Origin: Narcine bancroftii
Lineage: Eukaryota
Assembly (NCBI RefSeq): GCF_036971445.1
Contig: NC_091473.1
Location: forward strand, 255,068,001-255,132,000
Direction: 5' to 3'
Length of the DNA stretch: 64,000 bases
A program made the translations under genes and the position numbers. Below the pieces are notes generated by a model that was not told where the DNA came from, searched no databases, and saw nothing but the letters and a program-made list of their open reading frames with translations. Positions 23,191-35,569 of the stretch are shown one piece after another. How positions within the stretch are numbered: position 1 is the first letter of the stretch; the number at the start of each line of letters is the position of its first letter.

Positions 23191-24089
23191 TTGGTATAAA
23201 AGGCCCCTCACTGCTCTGGAAATATTTCAAATCCAACTTTATTATTTCTGTCTTCAATGCGTCAGGCAGAATTGCTTTTCCAGTATCCTTGTCAATCTGC
23301 AGAAGTCCAATGTCATGCTGTTCAATCGCTTCAGGTATGACAGTTCGAAGCTCTTTGACACCGTCCAGTTCACTAGGTTCAGTGTTGTCAGATAAAATCT
23401 TGTCAATAAACTCACCACCACCATCATCTTCCCCTCCCGTTACGTCCACGCTCTCTGTGGCAGCCCCACTCTTAATCTCGTCATATTCAGATTTATCTGA
23501 CCACTTCCTCCTCGGCTTGTGACGTATCTGTACTTGATCCACCTTTGGATTCTAACAAACTTGTAGCAGGTGCAGGCGACTCCATGGAACGTGTCGAGCT
23601 GCTTGTTCCGGGCTTTTCAAAGAAGAGCATGAAGAACTTGTTCGACTTCTTGGCTTCCGCCCCCTCCAACTTCCATACCCCAGCACTGTATTTTTACCTA
23701 ATAATTTGTATAAATGGTTTAACAATCTGGCATCCTAGTTCTTCTCACCCGTGATAATCAAAGACAGATCATACATCTGAAGAACATGCTTTTTTCAGTA
23801 TTCCAGGATGGCTTGTCTGACATAGAAACTCCTCAGCGGCACCCCCTTTAAGTGGCGCCCAGGGCACATGCCACACCTGCCGTACCTTTGAGTCACCACA
23901 GTCTATGTTTCTGTTGCTCACTGGACCAAGGCAGTACAGCTGGAGCTGAGGACCCTCAGGGGAGAGGGCTCACAGGGACAGTCGTCCATGTGGGGCAAGA
24001 TAGAGGCCATTTGGTCCACTGCTTGCAAGTGGACTGATTAATCCAACTGGATCTTACATCTCAGCCTGGGATAAAAGGCATACCATATG

Positions 24090-24500
24090 GTTTCTATACC
24101 ACCCTATCTACTCGCCACATTCAATGAGTTAAAGGCCTGGACCCCCAGATCCCTCTGCACATCAATACTTTAAAGAGCCCTGCCATTAAAAGTAAGCCCA
24201 TTCCCCATACATTTGAACTCCCAAAGCGCAGCCCCCCACACTTGTCTAGATGATCTCCACCTGCTATATCTTTGCCCATGTCGATAAGTGATCCCTATCC
24301 TTTTGTATTCTTTGATGAGCCTTGACAGCAGGAGTTTTCACTGTTTTTCCATCTAAGGTCCACCTGGTTTCCAGCCTCATGTGCCAAGGCCCACTGGTTG
24401 AGAACCACTGCTCTGCGCTGTCCAGAACTCTGTCAATCTTTGATTCATCAGCAAATTTACTAAAACCAGCCACCAACTTTTATATCCAAATCATTTAAAT
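24090..24500 (-). mobile_element. CR1 fragment containing a small MITE (about 24325-24410)
   Basis: SKFADESKI (FADD motif); MITE end ttgagaaccactg also occurs at about 53940. Confidence 0.6.
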
Positions 24501-24549
24501 GAAGATATTCTCGTGAAGATCAAAGATCTCATGATAGTGTTCAAAGTGA

Positions 24550-24560
24550 GGGAATTTCCC
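24550..24560. promoter_or_regulatory. Consensus NF-kB site in a unique island upstream of the cytokine
   Basis: GGGAATTTCCC matches GGGRNWYYCC; function is inferred only. Confidence 0.35.
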
Positions 24561-25104
24561 TCTGGTCCTCAACCTAAAGCCTTTGAGTTGTGACACATAC
24601 ACAAGCTCCCTGGTCCTGCACCTTCCAGGGGTGAGCAATGCTGTGGTCACAGTGAGTGTGTGACGACTCTGAGGAATTACCAATGCATTTATGTTTGATA
24701 AAGTCACGTGTTTGGTGGTGGTTCCCGTCACCCTTCATGTGTGGGAACATGACTGAAAAGTGCAAAAGTGAAAATGAGCTGTTCATATTAGTGAAGAAGC
24801 TATGAATCTAAGGACCCAGTTTGTATCATCAGTTCCAAATCAATCCAGATTTTTGTGATTTACTGAAAATAGAGCCCCTTTGAACAGAACCGGCTTCTGC
24901 AGCTTTGCAACATGGAAGTGATTGAGTCTGATGAGCAATCTCTCAGCTTCCCAGTGGCACTGAATTGCGATTTGAAAAACAGAAAGAAAAATTGATGTTC
25001 GACATCTACTCATGGGGAGTCCGGAGTTTTGAAGGTTTGCTCCAAATTGCAAAGAAAGAATCGCTCAGAGAGGTTCCAAGGGTAACCATTCTGTTTACAC
25101 GTAT

Positions 25105-25138
25105 ACACACACACACACACACATTCATATGCACACAC
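25105..25138. repeat. (CA)n microsatellite running into a gap
   Basis: acacacac... Confidence 0.85.
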
Positions 25139-25295
25139 NNNNNNNNNNNNNNNNNNNNNNNNNNNNNNNNNNNNNNNNNNNNNNNNNNNNNNNNNNNNNN
25201 NNNNNNNNNNNNNNNNNNNNNNNNNNNNNNNNNNNNNNNNNNNNNNNNNNNNNNNNNNNNNNNNNNNNNNNNNNNNNNNNNNNNNNNNNNNNNNN
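25139..25295. other. Assembly gap
   Basis: Run of N. Confidence 1.
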
Positions 25296-25302
25296 TTATA
25301 AG

Positions 25303-25600
25303 GCCATAAGACATAGGAACAGAAATAGGCCATTCAGCCCATCGAGTCTGCCCCACCATTTAATCACGAACTGATCCATTTCCCCATTAACCCCACTGCC
25401 TGGACTCCTCCCTAGAACCTTTGATGCCCTGGTTAATCAAAAACCTATCAATCTCTCCCTTAAATACACCCAGTGACCTGGCCTCCACAACCACTCGTGG
25501 CAAAAAATTCCACAGATTCACCACCCTCCGGCTAAAGGAATTCCTCTGCATCTTTCTTCAAAGTGGATGCCCTTCAATCCTGAAGTTGTACCCTCTTGTC
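25303..25600 (-). mobile_element. CR1 3' end
   Basis: ccataagacataggaacagaaataggccattcagccc. Confidence 0.82.
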
Positions 25601-26059
25601 ATAGAACATTATTAAAATGTTATGTTTAAAATTTCACGTTAAACTTCATAAGATGTGAGTTTAAAAATTGTAATGAAAATACCCCCTTTTAAACAATCTC
25701 CTCTGTATATACTGTGTTGATTATAGTTTGAAAAATTACTCCCTCCCATTGAAATTACCATAAATTAATCGATTGAAAGCAAAGCAGAAATTGTTGAAAA
25801 GCATCTGTGGAGAGAGACAGAATTAATATTTCAACGTAAGGCCTTTCATTAGAAATGGGAAAGGCTGACAGGTTTCAGGGTAAGGGGGAAGGGAGGAGAG
25901 AACACAAGGGAGATTAATGACAAAAAAGCTGATGGAACAAGATGAAAATCGGTGGGGGGGGATGTAAAGGGGATAAGGGACAATTTGGAAGAGGTGCAAA
26001 TGCAGGTTTATTACCTGAAATGATCAGAAAGTATCATTATCTAAAATTAGATTTAGTAA

Positions 26060-26405
26060 GCCACCATAGACTCTTGCAAATGTCTACAGGTACCGTGGAG
26101 AGCGTACTGACTGGTTACATCACTGTCTGGTACAGAGGTGCCAATGCTCAGGACAGGAACAGGCTACAGAAAGTTGTGAACTCAGCCTGTGACATCACGG
26201 GCACCAGTCTCCACCCCATAGAGGACATCTACAAGACACCTCAAGAAAGCAGCCTCTATCCTCAAGGTCCCTCACCACCCAGGCCATGCCCTCTTCACTC
26301 TGCTACCATCAGGAAGGAGGTACAGGAGCCTGAAGACGAGCACTCAGAGGCACAAGGACAGCTTCTTCCCCTCTGCCATCAGATTCCTGAATGGTCTATG
26401 AACCA
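26060..26405 (+). mobile_element. Rex1-like 3' fragment
   Basis: ESVLTGYITVWY...DRNRLQKVVNSA. Confidence 0.85.
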
Positions 26406-26414
26406 ATGAGACTA

Positions 26415-26950
26415 TGAGTCTGCTCTGCCATTTCATTGTGATCTGCTTCATTTCCCCACTCAGCCCCACTGTCCGGCCTTCTCCCCATAACCTTTGATGT
26501 CCTGGGTAATCAAGAACTTGTCAATCTCTGCCTTAAATACATCCAGTGACCCAGCCTCCACAACCGCCTGTGGTAATGAATTCCACAGATTCACCGCCCT
26601 CTGGCTGAAGAAATTCCTCCCCATCTCTGTTCTAAGTGGACACCTTTCAATCCTGAAGTTGTGCCCTCTTGTCCTATACTCTCCCACAGTGGGGAACAAC
26701 CTTTCTACATCTACTCTGTCCAAGCCTTTCAACATTTGGCATGTTTCAATGAGAGCCCCCCCTCATTCTCCTAAATTCCAATGAATACAGGCTAAGATCT
26801 GTCAAATGTTCATCATACGATAACCTTTTCTTTCCCAGAATCATCCTTGTGAACCTCCTCTGAACCCTCTCCAACCTCAGCACTTCATTTCTTAAATGAG
26901 GAGCCCAAAACTGCTCATAATTCTCCACGTGAGGTCCCACCAGGGCCTTA
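26415..26950 (-). mobile_element. CR1 3' portion
   Basis: LKGLDRVDVERLFP...NFFSQRAVNLWNSLP. Confidence 0.9.
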
Positions 26951-27169
26951 TAAGACCATCAGCCACACAACAGCAAATGTTGGAATGTGGAGTAAACAAT
27001 GAGATCTGGAGAGACTCAATGGGCTAGGCAGCATCCGTGGTCGGGACCCTTTATCGAGACTGGATCTCAATCTTCACTGAAACAGGGCTGGGTGTGGCAT
27101 TTCTCCATGGATGGTGCCCGTCCCACAGATGCCTTCCAGCTTCTCCTTGTTTGTTCATTTTTAATATTG

Positions 27170-27390
27170 ACATACAGCATGGTAACAGGCCCTTCTGGCC
27201 CATGGGCCCACGCCGCCCAATCACACCCAATTGACCTACAATCCCAGTAGGTTCTGAATGATGCTAGGAAACCAGAGGAACCCCATGCAGACATGGGAAG
27301 GACATGCAAATTCCTTATAGACAGTGTGGGATTTGAATTTTGATCGCTCATGCTATAACAGTGTTAACTGCTTTGCTAACCGTGCCGCCA
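27170..27390 (-). mobile_element. V-SINE
   Basis: Reverse SINE tail, core and head. Confidence 0.75.
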
Positions 27391-27559
27391 TGTAATGTGA
27401 AAGGCATTCTGGATGGAGGGGTTGGTGGGTACGCGTACAACAGCAGAGGTTTCTCCAACTAGAACTCAAAGAATTCTACGGAAGGAAACAAATAGTTGTG
27501 CGCGTTCCTTTCATGTGTAGGCAGGTGATGAGGTAGATGATTAATAATTGAGTTTATCA

Positions 27560-28199
27560 TCACACGAGAGTCTGCAGACACTGCAGTTGAAGTAAAAACC
27601 CAACGCTGGAGAAACTCAGCAGGTCCTGTATGTAGCAAAGATAAAGATGCAGAACCAACGTTTCAGGCACGAGCAATGTGTCGCCAGGCACTAAAACAAT
27701 GGTGGTGGCAGGAAGGGGGGCAGAGGGAGGAGCACGGTCCCACAGGCAGGAAGTAGGGAGGGAGGGAACACTAGCCAACAGGGGAGGGGGGATGGCTATG
27801 AATGGAGAGGGATAGGGATGGAGAGCTGGAGGAAAGGAGACAGAGGGATGGGAAAGGGAGGGAGAAGGGGCACTTTCCATTCAGATGGCATTAACATCAA
27901 CCTCCAGTTTGTGCTGGCCCACTCCACCATTCTCCCTCCCTTCCCCAACCCTCTGCCTTCTTTCCTCCAGCTCTCCACACTCTTCTCTCTCCATTCTCAG
28001 AGCCATCCCCCCCTCCCCCTGCTTGCTTCTGTGCCCTCCCTCCCTTATCCACTTACTATCTCCTCCCTGTGGGACTGTGCTCCTCCCCCTGCCCCTCCCT
28101 CCCACCTTGCCCACCATTTTGTTCAGGCACCTACCAACATTTTGCTCATTCCTTGATAAAGGGCTCAAGGCCGAAATGTTGGTTATGTATCTTTATTTT
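27560..28199. mobile_element. Long palindromic Penelope-like-derived element with purine-rich and pyrimidine-rich inverted arms
   Basis: About 27640-27870 is an imperfect reverse complement of about 27925-28197. Confidence 0.72.
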
Positions 28200-28437
28200 A
28201 GGGGGAACTTATTCACATAAGGGAGCAGTGGGAGCGTGGAATGAGCTGCCAGCTGTGGTGGTGAATGCAGGCTCAGTTTTAACATTTAAAGAAAATTTGA
28301 ACATGTACATGGATGGGAGGGGTATGAAGGGTAATGAACTGGGTGCAGGTCAGTGGGGCTAGGCAGAAAAATAGATTTCCACATACTAGAAGGACTGAAG
28401 GGCCTATTTTCTGTGTTGGAATATTCTATGGTTCTAA
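28200..28437 (+). mobile_element. CR1 3' end
   Basis: AVGAWNELP; tail ttctatggttcta. Confidence 0.8.
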
Positions 28438-28669
28438 GGATGGGAGGGTGGAGTCCATGATGGACCTGGCTATTTTTCCCATCTTCTGCATTCCTGGACA
28501 TTTGTATTGCCAAACCAAGCTGCAATGTAACCAGTCAGTGTCCTTTTCCACAGTGCGCCTGCAGAAGTTTTATAGTGTATCAGGCGACATGCCAAATCTC
28601 ATCAGACTCTTTACAGAGTAGAGGCATGGGTGTGCCTTCTTCACGCTTGCCTCAGGGTGCTTGCTCCTC

Positions 28670-29035
28670 AAGAGGTGATAATGCCCAGGACAAGAACAAA
28701 TTCCAGAGGGTTGTTAACTCGGCCTGCCGTATCAAGGGCACCAGACTTCACCCTGTTGAGGACGTCTACAAGATACAGTGTCTTAAGAAAGCAGCCTCCC
28801 TGTATCCTCAAAGACCCACCACCCAGGTCATGCCCTCTTCTCTCTGCTACCATCGGGGAAAAGGTACAGGAGCCTAAAGGCAAAAACAAGGACAGCTTCT
28901 TCCCTGAATAATCAATGAACCAAAGACTTTTCATGAACTATTTTTATTTAAGGTGGTTTATACGAATGTTTGCCCTGTGATGCTGCCGCAAAACAATGAA
29001 TTTCATGACTTGTTCATGACAATAAATTCTAATTC
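28670..29035 (+). mobile_element. Rex1-like 3' end
   Basis: NAQDKNKFQRVVNSA; tail gacaataaattctaattc. Confidence 0.8.
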
Positions 29036-29120
29036 CAAAAGGTGTTCTCAAATGTGGGCTTCCAAGAACTTGGTTTCTGACCTCCTCCACCTCCTTCTCA
29101 TCAGTGTGGACAGGTGAAGG

Positions 29121-29975
29121 TGTGACAGAGTATATAGATATATTTTTGGGAGATAAATTGGGGAAAAGTTTGTTAGAGTAGGTCACACACAAACACTTTA
29201 AATCAGATCTATTTGAAATACTGGAGCTCTGGCCCCATGCTAGACATATCCGCCCCAGAGCCTTTGCAAGAGATTTGGATATTGCCCAAGAAACTTCACT
29301 AATGGATTATTGTTTAGAAAAAATGCAACAGATGAAAGATTTTGTCAAAGCCGCAGATTGTCTAGAGCTGTTCTAAAAGGGTCACAAGGTTTGGCAAGCA
29401 GAAAGAGTAAAACAGGCTTTTTCTCAGAGAGAGGGAGAGAGACCAGTTCTACAGTGTTACAGTCAGCAACAGGAGCTGGGACTGGAACAGGACAAGCTGG
29501 CGAGCTTGTGGAAAGCCCTTTTTGGAAGACGCCCTGGTCAAAGCGCTTGTGGTTCATGCAAGAGGAGAGGACTGGCTCTCTAATGCTTCACTTGGGATAA
29601 GAGAAACAAAAAGGTGCTCTGGTGATCTGAAAGGAAGCGGTTATAATCTTGAGAACCCTGAAGGGGCAAGTTTCGTCAGCAAAACACTGAAGTGGTTGAT
29701 GGAAGTAAATGAGTTGTGGATGTCCTGGAATAACACACCTCTCTCTGAAAACCTACAAGATCTTTCATCTGTTGCCTTTTTGTAAACAACAATCCATTAG
29801 TGAAGTCTCTTGGGCACTCTCCAAATCTCTTGTAAAGGCTGTGGGGTTGATATGTCTAGCATTAGCAGAGCTCCAGTATTTCAAATAGATCTGTTTTAAA
29901 GTGTTTGTATATAACCTACTCTAACAAACCTTTCCCAATTTATCTCCCAAAAACATATCTATATACTCTGTCACA
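29121..29975. mobile_element. TG...CA element with about 220-bp terminal inverted repeats and a 4-bp TSD (fold-back LTR-like or Ginger-like)
   Basis: tgtgacagagtatatagat... (29121-29340) inverted at 29758-29975; TSD aagg (29117-29120 / 29976-29979). Confidence 0.85.
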
Positions 29976-30599
29976 AAGGTTCCCTCAGCCTTATCGTCCT
30001 AAAATCAACCGTAAACTCCTTTGTTGTTGAGAATGTGACCCATCACCTACCTTTGATGGGGCTTTGCAAGATCAGGGCCCTGCGTGGGAGTCTGCCAGAC
30101 ATCTGTTGTGTTGCCCTGGTCAAGCCTAACCTCTTTGTTACTTTCTTTTCTACATTTTGCTGCTGTTTCCAGCAATGAGTTGGGTAGATGTGACAAGCTC
30201 TGGTCTAACAGCGAGTCCACCCTCATCTTTCACAACCCAGACCCTCCGCTGATTTGACTCAGTCTTGAGAAATAGTGGCTGAGGTAAGTAATGAAATAGA
30301 TGAGTTTGAGGCACAGTACTGGTGAGTGAAAATGGTGTCAACTTGTTCACCAGCCACACACAGCAAGAATCGATTGTACAGGAATGAATCAGTGTGGTTC
30401 TGCCCCTCAGTATCCCCACTCTCCCATAACCTGCGACTAGGTAAAATGGTGACCAAACACTGCCGAGAATCAAGAGAGTCGTTTGACCTTTCAATAATCG
30501 TAACATTTGCAGTGTGCTTTTCAACTGGTGCATAGATTTATTACAGAATATTGACCACGTGGCCTTGGTGAGGTGAACCTTGTCGGGCCTGAAGAATTA

Positions 30600-31725
30600 C
30601 AGTTTACATTTTGCGCAGACTCAATAGTGTCTTGTCAGAGACCTGATGTCCTCGATGGAGTACGGGAGGTTCCAGACTTTTATGAATTTGAACAACCTCT
30701 TGACTCTGGGGTGGCAGAGGTCATCATGGAGGGACTGGAGGTGGTCAAGATTTGGGCTGGCACACGTCCACCAGGATAATGCATCTGGGGGATTGTTGAG
30801 TTTGTCTGGCCAGTACAGGCTACTGGCTGCAGTAGTGGCATCTTGGGTGTCCGATTGCGACAGGAATAGGGTCATGGCTCACTTTCATGGAGGCCATCTG
30901 TGACGCCGGGTCCCAACATGGTGGTGCCCGCGGTCCGCATGCAGGGGCCCCGTTCTTACCGGCAATCTCGTCGGCCTTGTGTTGGGCCGTCAAGGGTCCT
31001 GGAAAGCTGGAAGGCTCTCTTCAGGGGCATCTTGTCCTCCTTGAGCAGTCCCTGACCAATGTAGTCAGACCTCACTCCAGTCACGCAAGCATCTCGCAGC
31101 AGCTCCTCCACACATTGGGCTACGGGCACAGGGGCGGAAGCAGTGTCCCAGCAGTCTCTCCCTAGGTCGTACAGTGCTCAAAGGAGCTCATCCATGGATT
31201 CACCGGGTTGCTGTCTCCTCGAGGCCAGTCGATACCGTGAGTAAATTTTGTTCACCCGGGGTCGGTAGAGGTTGCGGAGCTCAGCCATGGCCTCTGGGTA
31301 AGTCATGCAGTTCCCAATCTTCAGGTACCCTCAGTGGCCCACTCAAGCTTGCAGGACCTTGAGTTTCTTCTTGTCAGAGTCTACCAGGCCTGCTGCGACT
31401 TCAAGGAAGTTCGTGAAGCAGGGATCCACTGTTCATAGCGTTCGGCAGCTCGAGGTGTCTGTGGATCAATTTTGAGGCGATCGGGTCTCAGCAGCTTGTC
31501 CATCCCATGTGGAAAATTAATGTGTATTAAATTGATCCACACTATCAATAACTCCAAAGGCTGAGTGAGGAACGATATGTGTATTAATGATTTCAGCTGG
31601 CCCAACTCCATGTGCCCAAATGAATGGAAGGGGGCAGGGAGGTTGACCTTTATGGCCAGGTCACAGCGGGAGGGGTTACATGGGGTCGAGTCGTCAGTGA
31701 ACGGGCCAGCCACTTATACACAGGA
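30600..31725 (-). mobile_element. Degenerate Gypsy-type LTR retrotransposon fragments (LTR, gag start, integrase Zn finger)
   Basis: MDKLLRPDRLKIDPQTP.A...YEQW gag-like start; LQSLHDDLCHP.V.RL..F...NLPYSIEDIR integrase H2C2 region. Confidence 0.7.
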
Positions 31726-31759
31726 CAGCACAGAAAAACATATGCATATCACCACATGC

Positions 31760-31900
31760 CCCATGTCTGTGTGGGTTTTCCCCTGGAGGCTCTGGTTTCC
31801 CCCCACCCTTCAAAACATGCGGGGGCTTGTAGGTTAATTGGAGTATTTGGGCTGAACGGGTTCATGGGCTGAAGGGCCTGTTACTGTGCTATGTGTCTAA
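31760..31900 (+). mobile_element. V-SINE 3' half
   Basis: gtctgtgtgggttttccc...gggctgaagggcctgttactgtgc. Confidence 0.7.
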
Positions 31901-32249
31901 ATTTAATTAAATAGATCAGCACAGCAATGCTCAGGCCCCCGGCCCACAATGGAGTTAAACTGGAAAGTCTACAGCTGCTGAAGTCAAATGCAAGACACAA
32001 TCTGCTGGAGAAACTCGGCAAGTTACACAGCATCTGTAAAAGACCATCAATGTTCTGGGCTAAATTCTTCGTTAAACCAGGATGTTAACCTCTGGAATTT
32101 GCTGCCATAGAGTACCTTGGTACCGTGGACTCCTACAGTATATGCCTTCATATTTAATATTTTATGTATTTAACCTATTGTAACATATTTATGTAAATAT
32201 GCTCTGTGGTCCTGGAGAAATGCGATCTCATCTTTACCGATTATGGTCT

Positions 32250-32510
32250 GAAACCTACTCCCCGCCAATCTAAACCTTCCCTCCATCGCTGCCCACAACC
32301 AGCTATTTTTCTTGCATCCATGTGTCTATGAGCTTTTTAAATGCCCCTATTGTTCCAGCCTCCATCGCCACCCCGGCAAGGCCTTCCAGCCACCCACCGC
32401 TCTGTAAAAACCTTATCCCTGACGTCCCCTCACCATGAATGCATATCCTCCAGTGTCTGGCATTTTTATCCTGGGAAGAAAGATTTGGACTGTCCACCAC
32501 TCATGATTTC
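32250..32510 (-). mobile_element. CR1 fragment
   Basis: VAMEAGTIGAFKKLIDT.M. Confidence 0.7.
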
Positions 32511-32724
32511 ATGAACTTCTCTGATAGGGTTGAACGTCAACTTCCTGACCTGTGAACTACAATTGGTGAGGACTAGGGTCAATCGCAGAAACCCTCAACG
32601 CCGATGCCCTGTAAGGCTGCGTCCTCAGCCACTCTCTGCACACTCTCTGTATGGCCAAATGCAGCTCAAGGTTCGTCCATAAGTTGGCCATTGTAGCTAG
32701 ATCGCAAACAATAACAGGATGGAG

Positions 32725-33020
32725 TAAAACACAAACGTCTGCAGACACCGTGACTGAAGTAAAAACACGATGCTGGAGAAACTCAGCAGGTCAGACAGTG
32801 TCCTTTATAGAGCAAAGATAAAGATACAGAACCGACGTTTTGGGCTTCAGCCCCTTCATCAAGATGCGAGCTAAAAGATAAAGATACATAACCAATCTTT
32901 CGGGCGTCTGACTGTATTTTGTTCATTCCTTGATGAAGGGCTTAATCCCGAAATGTTGCTCATACATCTTTATCTTTGCTACATAAAGGACATTGTTTGA
33001 CCAGCTGATTTCTCCTGCAT
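32725..33020. mobile_element. Palindromic Penelope-like-derived element
   Basis: gtgtcctttatagagcaaagataaagatac is inverted against catctttatctttgctacataaaggaca. Confidence 0.72.
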
Positions 33021-33149
33021 TACATTTTTAATGACAGACAGAGTACAGGAAGGGGATAGGGATTCTGGTGGCACAGTGTCAGGACCACAACCTTTCTCTC
33101 AATGTCAGTAGGAGTGGCACAAGCCTCAGCTGTGTTAATGGTGTTGAAG

Positions 33150-33800
33150 TAGAGATGCTGGAATGATTTGTATTCAGGAGCAAATATCACCGATAGCCTG
33201 TCCTGAATCAACCACTTCTGCCCCACGGCCAAGAAGGTTCACCAGCAACTCTACCTCCTCAGAAGCCTGAGAAGATCTGGCTTCATAGATTCTCACAAAT
33301 TTTTAGAGATGCATCCACCGCTGCTCTGCCTAAAACCACAGGAGACTGCAGAGGGTTATAAGTGCAGATCAGACCATCACACAAGCCAACCTGCCCTCCT
33401 CTCCTCTCTATCGGGTCCGTCCACACCTCCTGTGGAAAGCAGCCAACATATTAATAGGCACTTTGCACCCCACACTCTCTAGTCCCTTCTCTCTTCAGCC
33501 AGAAGATAAACCAGCTTGAAAACACAAACCTCCAGGTTCAAGGCCAGTTTCTTTCCAGCTGTTGCCAGACTTCTGAATGAATCTCTCTTTGGTCTCAGAA
33601 AATGCCTTGTGCTGTTTAACTCTGTACTTAATATTTTGCATATATGTGAAACTATACCCTGCACTTTGTCTTATTGGAACATTATGTTTATAATCCTTGC
33701 ATTACCTGCTGTATCATACAGCAATGGACTTGTCTGCATAGCATGCTGGACAATCTTCTCAATATGTCTCAGTTCACATGACATTGAACAATTCAATTCA
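33150..33800 (+). mobile_element. Old Rex1-like fragment with (attca)n tail
   Basis: TSRFKASFFPAVARLLN. Confidence 0.65.
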
Positions 33801-34654
33801 ATCCAATTCAATTTCTGTTGAAATAAAACGTGATAAATGCCAAAATCTGACTGAAATTCTGTGTATTTTGTAGTAAATGGCAGTTTTGGCCAGCAGTTTC
33901 GATTTCACAAGTAATCAGCTTGAGTAGAGTGTGCCTTGATAAACCCTTGAGAAATCATTATTCTTAATGCTGTTTGCATTTACTGGAAATACTTGCGCCG
34001 GAACTGCCAATTACTTACTGGATGTGAAGAATGGGTGTTACTTCAAATGTGAGATATATTTAGATGAAATGAAAGATCAAAAGAAATATTGGTCCATTGC
34101 ATATGTTGTAGTCACTTGATGCCAAATAGAACTAGTTTCCTTTAAAGTTCAGTATTTGGTGCAATTGACCTGTCTCTTTGGTTATGTCTTGATGTCAGTG
34201 GAATGACATTCCAAGCTGTTTAGGGGTAGTTAGTGAAATGTTACATTAGTCGAGAATCTAAAGACCAATTTCTGGAAATACACAACAAAGCTAGCAGCGT
34301 GTGGAGAATGCAGGCCCGTGACTGATGTAGCATTGGAAATGGAACAAAGAACACACAGTGGGAACCTACACTTCTTTGAAGGAAACACACAAGCCAGCTG
34401 AGAGCTTGTGATAATCAAGCAAGGAGACAGGACTAAGATGGGGAATAGGGAGAAAGTCCACTCTGGTGTAAGTTGGTGTTGTGGCCTTTTAACACTCTGG
34501 AGAGCTGTTCTGTTAGATTAAGTGCCTGAACTTCCCACTTTTCCCCTATCCCCTTTGGTACCAAAACATTCTTGTTTTAAGGTTGTAAATTGTCTCTACC
34601 CATTGCCAAATCTTTCTGCTCTCTGTGAATGCAAGAGCTTCTCAACTTGCCCTA

Positions 34655-34990
34655 GTTCAGAATCAGAATTCATTGACACAAATATGTCACAAAATTCGTT
34701 GTTTTGCAGCACCATCACAGGGCAAATATTGCTGTAAATTACATTTCAAAATAAATAAATAGTGCAAGAAAATAGGAGAAAATGAGGTAGTGTCCATGAT
34801 TCATAGTCCAATCAGGAATCTGATGGCAGCGGGGAAGAAGCTGTCCTTGTGTTGCTGAGGGCTCATCTTCAGGCTCCTGTAACTTTCCTGATGGTTGCAG
34901 AGTGAGGAGGGCATGGCCTGGATGGTGGGGGTCCTTGAGGATAGAGACTGCTTTCTTCAGACACTGCCTTGTGGATATCTCTTGTAGGGG
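34655..34990 (-). mobile_element. Rex1-like 3' end
   Basis: Reverse complement of the 26060 / 37070 copies. Confidence 0.8.
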
Positions 34991-34994
34991 AAGT

Positions 34995-35560
34995 TGTGGC
35001 CTCCCTCACCAGCAGTAATAGTTCTCTCCATCTATCTTATCTGTTTTTGTTATATGTTGTAGACTTTGACCACCCCTCCCCAAAACCTTCCAAGGTCCAG
35101 GGAAATCTATAGATTCCCTTCTGGAGTCCAGGTGACATTCTGCTGAAGCTTCTAAACTGACTCTGGTTAGATCACAACTAGACCCTGAGGCTTCACCACT
35201 CACTTTGGTTTGATCTCAACAGGAACCTTGTGGTGTGAAGCTCAGGGCACCAGGAGAGTTGTAACCAGGGCGTTGAGGGTCTGTTTGAGAGGAGCACCAA
35301 TCAAGGTACAAATTGTTCCTCATAGTCCTGATTAGATCCCACCTGGAGCCTTGGGCTGCACACCACAAAGCTCCAAGGGAGATGTAACCAGGGCTTTAAG
35401 GACAAATTTGTGTCCTGATTGAGCTCCTCTCAATCAGACATGCTCTTAAAGACTAGGTACCTTAAAGGTGAGGAGGTTCCAGGCATGCTATCGCTATGTT
35501 CATACTCTGTAGACTCTCAAATCTGTTGCACTCTATTTGTTACTGTAGAATAATATTAAC
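34995..35560 (+). mobile_element. Probable solo LTR-like element
   Basis: tgtgg...ttaaca ends and internal direct repeats (gtaaccagggc, cctgatt); no clean TSD. Confidence 0.4.
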
Positions 35561-35569
35561 AGAATAATC

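Larger units (their letters stand above)
20498..23900 (-). mobile_element. Decayed hAT DNA transposon (ZMYM1/DUF4371-type transposase) split by CR1 and RTE insertions
   Basis: Fragments RSWLVYSPSK, HENAKNH, IKFLATQNLAL, GNFLGLMKLL, YLSPGVQNEL, SETRW and IFSNLHIAIQI..TIAVS (dimerization domain); GC-rich subterminal sequence near 23860-23900. Confidence 0.85.
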
